Source: Microcoleus sp. (GTDB lineage: Bacteria > Cyanobacteriota > Cyanobacteriia > Cyanobacteriales > Microcoleaceae). From it: a DNA stretch of 64,000 nt. The number at the start of each line of letters is the position of its first letter. The stretch's first letter is position 1. Shown here piece by piece: positions 9,848 through 19,969 of this stretch. Below the pieces are notes generated by a model. That model saw only the letters and a program-made list of their open reading frames with translations. It did no database searches and was not told where the DNA came from. The stretch spans positions 160,001 to 224,000 of the forward strand of contig JAYFMW010000005.1 in the NCBI GenBank assembly GCA_042408215.1. Reading direction: 5' to 3'. Made by a program: the position numbers and the translations under genes.

Positions 9848-12800
9848 ATGGACGAACAACGCCTCGCCGCCTATCTCCAACTGATTCAAGCCCTGCTTGA
9901 GTGCCCTAGCGGTGAAGAAGATGATATTCTCGAACGCCCATCGAGAGTTAGTTGATGCGGATTTTGTGCAAGTCATGGAAGCAGTGGCGGCGAATATGGC
10001 AGAAAAGGGCGAATCCAATGCAGGTTGGTTGCAGAATCTGGCGGCACAATTGGCAAATTATGTCCGCAGTACAGCAACTCCTGAAGAGTATTTATCTTTC
10101 TTGATGGAGGTGTTGCAAGCAACGCATGAAAGTCGACGGAAATCCTCAAGTTGTCTATCCTATTTTACAACAAAACTTCGACAAATTGGATTTGAATTTT
10201 GCTCAAATATTGCAAGCTTGGGCCACATCCACATTCACAGAAGTTACCTCAGAACAAGCTGCATCATCGCAGCAGTTATTGGCAATTTTGGCAACTTAAT
10301 TCAGCAGTTTCCCCTGGGGCGGCGGGCATGGAATTTAGAAATAGGTATTGCTTGTTATACCGCAGCCTTAAAAGTCTATACCCGCGAGAATTATCCCGAA
10401 TATTGGGCAACGACTCAAAATTATTTGGGGGCTGCTTATAGTAACAGAATAGAAGGAGTCAGGGCGGCGAATATTGAAGAGGCGATCGCCTGTTATACCG
10501 CAGCCTTAGAAGTCTATACCCGCGAGAATTATCCCGAAGATTGGGCTATGACTCAAAATAATTTGGGGATTGCCTATAGTGACAGAATAGAGGGAGTCAG
10601 GGCGGCGAATATTGAACAGGCGATCGCCTGTTATCGGGAAGCTTTAAAAGTCCGTACCCCTGAGAATTATCCCGAAAAATGGGCTATGACTCAAAATAAT
10701 TTGGGGATGCCTATAGTGACAGAATAGAGGGAGTCAGGGCGGCGAATATTGAAGAGGCAATTTCCTGTTATCGGGAAGCTTTAAAAGTCCGTACCCCTGA
10801 GAATTATCCCGAAGATTGGGCTATGACTCAAAATAATTTGGGGGCTGCCTATAGTGACAGAATAGAGGGACTCAGGGCGGCGAATATAGAACTTGCGATC
10901 GCCTGTTATCGGGAAGCTTTAAAAGTCCGTACCCCTGAGAATTATCCCGAATATTGGGCTATGACTCAAAATAATTTGGGGAATGCCTATAGTAACAGAA
11001 TAGAGGGAGTCAGGGCGGCGAATATTGAACAGGCGATCGCCTGTTATCGGGAAGCTTTAATAGTCCGTACCCCTGAGAATTATCCCGAAAAATGGGCAGG
11101 GACTCAAAATAATTTGGGGGCTGCCTATAGTGACAGAATAGAGGGACTCAGGGCGGCGAATATAGAACTTGCGATCGCCTGTTATCGGGAAGCTTTAAAA
11201 GTCCGTACCCCTGAGAATTATCCCGAAGATTGGGCAGGGACTCAAAATAATTTGGGGGCTGCCTATAGAGACAGAATAGAGGGAGTCAGGGCGGCGAATA
11301 TAGAACTTGCGATCGCCTGTTATCGGGAAGCTTTAAAAGTCCGTACCCCTGAGAATTATCCCGAACAATGGGCAGATGACTCAAAATAATTTGGGGAATG
11401 CCTATAGAAACAGAATAGAGGGAGTCAGGGCGGCGAATATAGAACTTGCGATCGCCTGTTATCGGGAAGCCTTAATAGTCCGTACCCCTGAAAATTATCC
11501 CGAACAATGGGCTATGACTCAAAATGGTTTGGGGAATGCCTATGGTAACAGAATAGAGGGAGTCAGGGCGGCGAATATTGAAGAGGCAATTTCCTGTTAT
11601 CGGGAAGCTTTAAAAGTCTATACCCGCAAGGATTATCCCGAAGATTGGGCTATGACTCAAAATAATTTGGGGGCTGCCTATAGTGACAGAATAGAGGGAG
11701 TCAGGGCGGTGAATATTGAAGAGGCAATTTCCTGTTATCGGGAAGCTTTAATAGTCTATACCCGCAAGGATTATCCCGAAGATTGGGCAATGACTCAAAA
11801 TAATTTGGGGACTGCCTATAGTAACAGAATAGAGGGAGTCAGGGCGGCGAATATAGAACTTGCGATCGCCTGTTATCGGGAAGCTTTAATAGTCTATACC
11901 CCCGAAAATTATCCCGAAAATTGGGCTATGACTCAAAATAATTTGGGGGTTGCCTATAGAGACAGAATAGAGGGAGTCAGGGCGGCGAATATAGAACTTG
12001 CGATCGCCTGTTATCGGGAAGCTTTAATAGTCTATACCCCCGAGAATTATCCCGAACAATGGGCTATGACTCAAAATAATTTGGGGGTTGCCTATAGAGA
12101 CAGAATAGAGGGAGTCAGGGCGGCGAATATAGAACTTGCGATCGCCTGTTATCGGGAAGCTTTAATAGTCCGTACCCCCGAGAATTATCCCGAACATTGG
12201 GCAACGACTCAAAATAATTTGGGGATTGCCTATAAAAACAGAATAGAGGGAGTCAGGGCCGAGAATATAGAAGAGGCAATTTCCTGTTACCGCTTAGCCT
12301 TAGAAATTCGCACTCCTACTGCTTTCCCTTTAGACTGCTTGCAATCAGGTAGAAACCTCGGCAATACCGCTTTCACTGCTGGCTTCTGGGACATCGCCCT
12401 GGAAGGATTCGAGAAAGCAATTCAAGCAGTAGAAAAAAGCAGAAGTTGGGCAACTTCCGACGATATCCGCCAACAGATGATAGCAGAATCCATCGGTGTT
12501 TACGAAAAGGCAATTCAAGCTGCTGTCAACAACAACCAACTGGAAAAAGCCATAGAATATTGCGACAGAACCCGTGCTCAGCGGTTAGTGGATTTAATGC
12601 ACAGCAATGACTTGTATGCTAGCGGCGAAATTCCGCCCGCAGTGCAAAAGTATTTGGATGAATTTGAAGCGAAGCAGCAGGAAATTGACGCAGAAGTCGA
12701 ACAACTCCGCAATCCATCGGAGGGGAATAAGGGATTAGCTGGTGTGGGGAGTTCGTCGCGGAGTCGGGCGGATACTTCTGCTTACACGAAGAAGATTCAA

Positions 12801-14448
12801 GAATTGGAAGGGGAGAAACAGCAAATCTGGGAAAACATCCGCAGTTTAGATCCAGTTTTAGCGGGACAAGTTCAAGTTGTGCCGATGCAGTTTGCGGCGA
12901 TGCAGCAGTTGATTGATAATTCCCAGACGGCGATTCTCTGTTTTTATACGACGGATGATGACACTCATGTTTTTGTGATTTACAAGGATAAAGCGCCGCA
13001 GATTCACACTTGTCAGGGTGAGGGTTGGGGAAGTTTTCAGAAGTGGATTCGCTGAGAGTTGGTTGTCGCCTTATTTGGAGGATAGGAAAGGTTGGCAGCA
13101 GGGGATGGGTGAGTTTTTGTCTCAGTTGTCGCGGCGGTTGAAGGTTGATGAGTTGATTGGTAATTGTTTGGATGGGATTGAGGAATTGATTGTGATTCCG
13201 CATTTGTATTTGCATCAGATTCCGTTGGCGGCTTTGCCGGTTAATACCCTCGCAACCGAGGAGGGCGGGCACGGGGGCACCGCCCCTACAAATCCAGGGC
13301 TTGAGAGGGGGCTTGGTGTAGAACCCCCCCAACCCCCCCTTGGTGAGGGGGGGCTTAAGACTGTAGAACCCCACCTTGGTAAGGGGGGGCTTAAGAGTGA
13401 GACCCCCCCCCTTGGTGGGGGGGAAGAACCCCCCCAACCCCCCCTTGCTAAGGGGGGGCTTAAGAGTGAGATTTCTGCCCTGACGAAGGAACAAAAACTT
13501 GTTCTTTCTCCCCCCCTTAGCAAGGGGGGGCCGGGGGGGGTTCTTAGCGATTATTTCCTAATTCGTTACATTCCCAGTTGCCGAATTTTGGAGTATTGCA
13601 GTCAACGTCCCACCATTGAATCGCCGAAATACGGGATTGTGGAAAATGCCACGGATGATTTGTACTTCACTCCTTTTGAGTGCGAACAAATTGCCGAAAT
13701 TGTGACGGTAACTGAACGCTTAAAAGGAAGTCAAGAAGCAACAGTCGCCGCCTATCGAAACCTGACCCAAAATGTGAATGTCATCCACTCCAGTCACCAC
13801 GCTGTCTCGCGTTTGGACAATCCTTTAGAATCGCGGTTGTTTTTAGGAGACGGGAGTATCACGTTAGGGGAATTGATGACTCCTGGTTGGCGCTTACCGC
13901 AGTTATCGGATGTGTTTATGTCTTGCTGCGAAACTAATTTAGGAGATACGGAAATTACGGATAATCTGCTGAGTTTGGGTACGGGGTTTTTGTGTGCTGG
14001 AGCTCGCAGTGTGGTGAGCACTTTGTGGGAGGTGGATGATTTTGCTACTTCGTTGTTTTCGATTTTTTACTATCAGTATCGTCGGGAAGGTTTGAGTCGT
14101 CCAGAGGCTTTGTGGCGGGCACAGGTGCGGTTGCGGACGATTTCGGGCGCGGAGTTGGAAGGGCTTTATAAATCGCAAATTGATGCGCTGCTTCCGAAAG
14201 TTATTGGGGATTTAAAATCTCAATTGGCTGTGGTTCAAAAGGACAAAAAGGAGTTGAAAAAGCATCCAAATCGCTCGATCCAGGGAACGGATGAGTTTAA
14301 GAAGTTTAAGGAAATAGTGAAGCAGGAGAATAAGATTCAGGATCGAAAGAAAGGATATGAAAGTTGGAAAACAAATCTTTACACTATGTCAAATCCTTTT
14401 GATGATTTGATTTATTGGTCGGGGTTTATTTGTCAGGGTTTGCATTGA
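9848..14448 (+). CDS. Large TPR-repeat CHAT (caspase/HetF-like) protease, split by about 6 single-base indels
   Basis: Start MDEQRLAAYLQLIQALLECPSGEE; 46-aa TPR units; CHAT motifs IIVIPH-like (LIVIPHLYLHQIP), IHSSHH (His), FMSCCET (Cys), GARSVVSTLWEVDD and YWSGF. Frame changes near 9931, 10134, 10265, 10707, 11375 and 13050. Confidence 0.85.
10340..12324 (+). repeat. About 14 near-identical 138-bp tandem coding repeats (46-aa TPR units)
   Basis: TATCCCGAA recurs about every 138 bp from ~10392 to ~12186. Confidence 0.9.
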
Positions 14449-14550
14449 CAAGAGTTACGCACTCCCACTAAAGAAACCGGGTTTTTTACCAAATCTGCGG
14501 GCTGCGACGAAATATTTTCGTAAAAACCCGGTTTCTGGGCCCCCATCAAG

Positions 14551-14778
14551 TTAAAAATCGGGTTCAGTAGCCAAAAGTTCGATCGACAAATCCATCTTTT
14601 CCTTCCCCCGCGCCAAAAAACTTTCGCACTCCTGCAAACACTCGACAGCCACCGCAAATTGCTCGAAAACCTTTTCTAAAGGCAATTCTCCCGATTCCAC
14701 TCGCTTAATAATTGCTTCTATGCGATCGACTGTTTCTTCATAATTCCAGTCAGACTGGCGCAACTGCGAATCAATCAT
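14551..14778 (-). CDS. xseB: Exodeoxyribonuclease VII small subunit
   Basis: YEE...RIE.I...VESGELPLE pattern; adjacent to xseA. Confidence 0.92.
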   Translation of the reverse strand: MIDSQLRQSDWNYEETVDRIEAIIKRVESGELPLEKVFEQFAVAVECLQECESFLARGKEKMDLSIELLATEPDF

Positions 14779-14783
14779 AACTT

Positions 14784-15945
14784 TTATTCCGCATCCAATA
14801 TTTCTACAATGTTAACTCTCAAAACGCCGCGACTCAACCTCACAGTCAATTCCTCTCCCAATTGCAAACCCTCAGTCGTGCGGGCGATGGTACCGTCATT
14901 TTGTTTAACCGCAGCATAACCTCTTTGCAAAACCGCCGCCGGATTTAATGCGGACAATTTTTGTTGCAGCACTTCTAGTTTACCACTTGCCTGCTGCAAA
15001 GTTCGCGATGTCAAAGGCAATCGTTTTAAGCGATTTTGTAACAGTTGCAAATGCTGTTCTTCCCTCTGAAATCTTCCCCGCACAGCACTTGACAAATCCC
15101 TCGTTCTCTGCTTGTGTTGTTGGTAAATATTTGCTAAAACTGGCACTGCTTGTTCCGCTGCTGCTGTGGGAGTGTGAGCTCGTTTATCTGCTACTAAATC
15201 TGCCAGAGATTCATCTCTTTCGTGCCCGATACCGGTGATAATTGGAATCGCACAATTGACGATCGCCCTGACAACTCTTTCATCATTAAAACAAGCCAAA
15301 TCCTCCGCAGAACCGCCGCCACGGGCTAAAATGATCGCATCGGCCCTACCGTCCAATTCTACAAGGGCGATCGCCCTGACAATGGCAGCAGCAGCCAATT
15401 CTCCCTGCACTCCTGTCGGCGACAGCAACACCCGCAAACCTGGATATCTTTGGGCTAGAGTGCGCTGAATGTCTCCCCAAGCCGCACCGGTATCGGATGT
15501 TACTACGGCGACAATTTGCGGGTGTGGGGGGAGTGGGCGTTTTCGGGCGCGATCGAAAAAACCCTCAGCCTCCAAGCGCGATCGCAATTGCTGCAACCGC
15601 AAAGCTTGTAATCCTTCCCCGGTGGTTAGACATTGGGAAACATTCAACTGGTATTCGCCGCGATTTTTGTAAACCCGGAGGCTTCCCGATACCAGCAATT
15701 GCGCTCCTTTTGTCGGTGTCTGTATTAATTTTTGCCGCTGAGATTTCCAGACTACGCAGCGAATCGCAGCGCTTTTGTCGCGCATCGCACAGGGTGAAAT
15801 AGGTGCCGCTGGGGTGTTCGGAAACGCTGGCTACCTCCCCTGTTACCCAGAGGGATTGCAAGTGGCGATCGCCCTCCAACAAGTCTTGGAGGTATGATGT
15901 TAGTCGAGCCACAGATAAAGCTATGTCGGAAATAGTTGAAGTCAT
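14784..15945 (-). CDS. xseA: Exodeoxyribonuclease VII large subunit (one frameshift at ~15780)
   Basis: LSV..LT.YL, WVTGEV, YFTL.D in one frame, then [12 protein letters not shown] and GIGHERD...PTAAAE in the next. Confidence 0.92.
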
Positions 15946-16037
15946 CGACCGTCCTAATTTGACAAATCTAGGCTAATATATCTAAGGTAATTTATTTGTG
16001 GGTCGATCTGGCGATCGAAAACAAACTCAATACACTT

Positions 16038-16787
16038 ATGATATCAGATATAACGACTGCAATAAATATGCTCCGCCACGCAGCAACGGCGATCGGTATT
16101 ACCGAGTCAGAAGCCAGGAAATATGGCGACATTCGACACAGAAGAACTTGGTCTTTGGCGATCGAACATCACCTCTCAATGCAAGGAGAAGGCGATCGCC
16201 AAAAATCATCCTTGGTAACTCCCTCTCCCGATTTCTCGAATCTGCACAACCCCTCTCAGGCTTCGGGGAATGTCGGAGAGTCGTCTAAGTATAGTAGCAT
16301 TGATCTAACCGCGAATCAAGGCGAATCTCTGGTCAAAGTCCAGAAGCAAACAGCCACCGTTGTTGCGCCACAACAGCCAGTACAACACCCAGGGCGATCG
16401 TACAATAAAGCCAGCCAGCGCATCAGAAAAGCTAAAGGTTTTGAGCAAGTAGTTCAAAATCATATCAAAGCCTTAAAAGCCGCATCCTCTGTTCCCACAA
16501 ATCAGTCAAATTTGTCGATCGACAATTGGGTTTGTCCTGAGTGTGGGCCGCAAGGTGAAACTAGCTGTAACCTCTGTGCGGGTACGGGAAATGTAGACGA
16601 TATTGCAGCTATTGGATGGACGCTAGCTTATATGGAAATGTTGGGCTGTTCTGCTCGCGAACTAGAACCGATCAGGAGATTTTATCCAGCCTCAAATATT
16701 CTGGAATTGAATCTAAAAGTTTGTGTTGCTATCAAAGAAAGTAGCGAAGTTTTAGCCCGGACTGAAAAATTAGTCATTAGTCATTAG
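16038..16787 (+). CDS. Hypothetical protein with a CxxC...CxxCxGxG zinc-finger-like motif
   Basis: CPECGPQGETSCNLCAGTG; the stop codon lies inside the heptamer repeat. Confidence 0.6.
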   Translation: MISDITTAINMLRHAATAIGITESEARKYGDIRHRRTWSLAIEHHLSMQGEGDRQKSSLVTPSPDFSNLHNPSQASGNVGESSKYSSIDLTANQGESLVKVQKQTATVVAPQQPVQHPGRSYNKASQRIRKAKGFEQVVQNHIKALKAASSVPTNQSNLSIDNWVCPECGPQGETSCNLCAGTGNVDDIAAIGWTLAYMEMLGCSARELEPIRRFYPASNILELNLKVCVAIKESSEVLARTEKLVISH

Positions 16788-17062
16788 TCATTAGTCATTA
16801 GTCATTGGTCATTAGTCATTAGTCATTGGTCATTAGTCATTGGTCATTAGTCATTGGTCATTAGTCATTGGTCATTGGTCATTGGTCATTGGTCATTGGT
16901 CATTGGTCATTAGTCATTAGTCATTGGTCATTGGTCATTGGTCATTGGTCATTGGTCATTAGTCATTAGTCATTGGTCATTAGTCATTGGTCATTGGTCA
17001 TTAGTCATTAGTCATTGGTAATTCGTAATTGGTAATTCGTAATTCGTAATTCGTAATTAGTC
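16770..17062. repeat. STRR heptamer tandem repeat (TT[A/G]GTCA)n grading into (TAATTCG)n
   Basis: More than 30 visible units. Shorter heptamer tracts at ~18438-18509, 22355-22410, 32104-32156, 35655-35686, 45956-45984 and 61919-61970. Confidence 0.95.
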
Positions 17063-17162
17063 ATGAGTTGCTAGTTATTAGTCATGAGTTGCTAGTTATT
17101 AGTCGCGAGCGATCGCAAAGAACAAATAACTAATAACAAATAACTCCTGACCAACCTCAAAA

Positions 17163-17717
17163 TTACTCACAATCAAGTATTGATTCCAGCCCTTTTAAAG
17201 CAACTTCCAAATCATCGTTAACGACTTGGACATCAAATTCGCCCGCCGCTGCAATTTCTGCTTTAGCCCGCAATAACCGACGGGCGATCGCACTTTCGGA
17301 ATCTTGACCCCGACTCCGCAAACGCCGTTCCAACTCATCCCAAGAAGGAGGTAAAATAAAAATTCGCAGCGCCTCTGGAAAATTATTCCTAATTTGTCTA
17401 GCCCCTTCCAACTCAATTTCGAGGATTACCCATTTTCCCTCACCAATTCCTTGCTTGAGACCAAAATAAGGAGTACCGTAAAAATTACCGGCAAACTCAG
17501 CCCATTCCGCCAACTCCCCAGCCTCAACCATTTCTTCAAAGCGGGCGCGGCTGACAAAATAGTAATGTTGTCCCTCAACTTCTCCCTCGCGGGGCTCACG
17601 AGTCGTCACCGATATCGAAAGATACAATTCCCCATGACGATTCAGGAGCGATCGTACTAATGTGCCTTTCCCTACACCGCTAGGCCCCGTCAGAACAATT
17701 AATTTACCTACTTTCAT
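17163..17717 (-). CDS. gmk: Guanylate kinase
   Basis: [20 protein letters not shown] and YGTP motifs. Confidence 0.97.
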   Translation of the reverse strand: MKVGKLIVLTGPSGVGKGTLVRSLLNRHGELYLSISVTTREPREGEVEGQHYYFVSRARFEEMVEAGELAEWAEFAGNFYGTPYFGLKQGIGEGKWVILEIELEGARQIRNNFPEALRIFILPPSWDELERRLRSRGQDSESAIARRLLRAKAEIAAAGEFDVQVVNDDLEVALKGLESILDCE

Positions 17718-17795
17718 GTTGACAATAGAAACATCTAAGACATTAAGTTTTCGCTTACTTTAAACTGTAGGCGCTTAAATTGCAACTCACAAACC

Positions 17796-18062
17796 TTAAT
17801 CATCCCGGCCCAGAGCCTCTTTGCTAACCACAAAACGATTAGCAACAGTTTCCGGTTGAATCGCCGAGAGGATGACGTGACTCGAATCAGTAATAATTAC
17901 CGCCCTAGTGCGGCGCCCGTAAGTCGCATCAACCAGTTGTCCCCGCTCCCGCGCATCAGTAATTATACGCTTAATTGGCGCCGACTCTGGACTGACAATG
18001 GCAATAACTCGATTAGCAGACACAATATTGCCAAAACCGATATTAATTAATTGAATATCCAT
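17796..18062 (-). CDS. remA: RemA/DUF370 family regulator
   Basis: [14 protein letters not shown]...SAPIKR...[11 protein letters not shown]; conserved position upstream of gmk. Confidence 0.93.
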   Translation of the reverse strand: MDIQLINIGFGNIVSANRVIAIVSPESAPIKRIITDARERGQLVDATYGRRTRAVIITDSSHVILSAIQPETVANRFVVSKEALGRDD

Positions 18063-18617
18063 GAAAATCTTAATGTATAGGTGAACGCTCAACTGTTAAT
18101 CCTTACTTCTCATCATATATACAAATATTTTTTCTTACAAGCATCAACCTACTTTATGCTGATTTTTGTAGTTGTTACTGGCAATTTTTGTACTTCTACT
18201 GACGCCGATGACCCCACTCTTTATCAAAACTTAAAAAAACAGTCGCTATTGCTGGCTTTATATTAAAGATTTGGTAAAATATCCGATTTCTAGTTGCGAA
18301 TCAAAGCATTATCTGTATCCAGACAAAATCAAGTAAATATTAAGAAATATCAACTACTCTGTTTAAGTAAAATTACAGGTGTAACTGAACACAAAGTTAA
18401 TCCTAGTGTTTATACTGACAGTAATAATACTGAGGCTGGGAATCGGGAATTGGGAATTGGGAATTGGGAATTGGGAATTGGGCATCGGGAATCGGGAATT
18501 GGGAATTGGTTCTTTGTCGCTGTTAGATCCCCGACTTCGTAAAAGTTGTCGGGGATCTGAGTATTCCTCTTGTCCCCCCCTTGTTAGATCAATTCCGGTA
18601 ACACCGGAATGATATAG

Positions 18618-19857
18618 AGGACACGGCAGTGCCCATTGGTGTCAACTTAAGCTCAAACCCAGTCAGAGACTGCTGTTTGACTATTAAATCTAGATCCCCC
18701 CTAGCCCCCCTTAAGAAGGGGGGGACAGGAGTCTTCTCAAAGTCCCCCTTCTTAAGGGGGATTTAGGGGGATCTAGACTTAGGTAAAAGCAAGAGATACC
18801 AAGGGTTTCAGGCTTAAGTTGACACCTATGGGCACCCGAAAAGTGTCCCTACCGTGATTAATTGTAGGGACACTCAAGCGTGCCCATTGGTGTCAACTTA
18901 ACGTTAAACCCAGTCACAGATTGCTGTTTGACCATTAAGCCTAGATCCCCCCTAGCCCCCCTTAAGAAGGGGGGGACAGGAGTCTTCTCAAAGTCCCCCT
19001 TCTTAAGGGGGATTTAGGGGGATCTAGACTTAGGTAAAAGCAAGAGATACCAAGGGTTTCAGGCTTAAGTTGACACCTATGGGCACCCGAAAAGTGTCCC
19101 TACCGTGATTAATTGTAGGGACACTCAAGCGTGCCCATTGGTGTCAACTTAACGTTAAACCCAGTCACAGATTGCTGTTTGACCATTAAGCCTAGATCCC
19201 CCCTAGCCCCCCTTAAGAAGGGGGGGACAGGAGTCTTCTCAAAGTCCCCCTTCTTAAGGGGGATTTAGGGGGATCTAGACTTAGGTAAAAGCAAGAGATA
19301 CCAAGGGTTTCAGGCTTAAGTTGACACCTATGGGCACCCGAAAAGTGTCCCTACCGTGATTAATTGTAGGGACACTCAAGCGTGCCCATTGGTGTCAACT
19401 TAACGTTAAACCCAGTCACAGATTGCTGTTTGACCATTAAGCCTAGATCCCCCCTAGCCCCCCTTAAGAAGGGGGGGACAGGAGTCTTCTCAAAGTCCCC
19501 CTTCTTAAGGGGGATTTAGGGGGATCTAGACTTAGGTAAAAGCAAGAGATACCAAGGGTTTCAGGCTTAAGTTGACACCTATGGGCACCCGAAAAGTGTC
19601 CCTACCGTGATTAATTGTAGGGACACTCAAGCGTGCCCATTGGTGTCAACTTAACGTTAAACCCAGTCACAGATTGCTGTTTGACCATTAAGCCTAGATC
19701 CCCCCTAGCCCCCCTTAAGAAGGGGGGGACAGGAAGCCTCTTTCAAAGTCCCCCTTCTTAAGGGGGATTTAGGGGGATCTAGACTTAGGTAAAAGCAAGA
19801 GATACCAAGGGTTTCAGGCTTAAGTTGACACCTATGGGCACGCTTGAGTGTCCCTAC
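18618..19857. repeat. Tandem array of five ~189-bp MITE units joined by GTAG-REP hairpins (251-bp period)
   Basis: GGTGTCAACTTAA at 18638, 18889, 19140, 19391 and 19642; linker GTGTCCCTAC-CGTGATTAATT-GTAGGGACAC. Confidence 0.93.
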
Positions 19858-19969
19858 CTTTGGGTAATATTAATTCCGATGCTACCGGATTTGATATTAA
19901 GGGGAGTAGGGGTTGAGTAGGGAGCAAGAAGACGGGGCGATGGAGAAGACTGTGGACTCAAACGGTTGA

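Noticed and set aside
9848..14448. Programmed frameshifting, or four separate TPR/CHAT genes
   Set aside because: The indels are scattered in both directions without consistent slippery sites; one gene with errors or lesions is simpler.
18618..19857. Possible CRISPR array
   Set aside because: The period is 251 bp, linkers are identical rather than unique spacers, units have TIRs, and there are no cas genes in the window.
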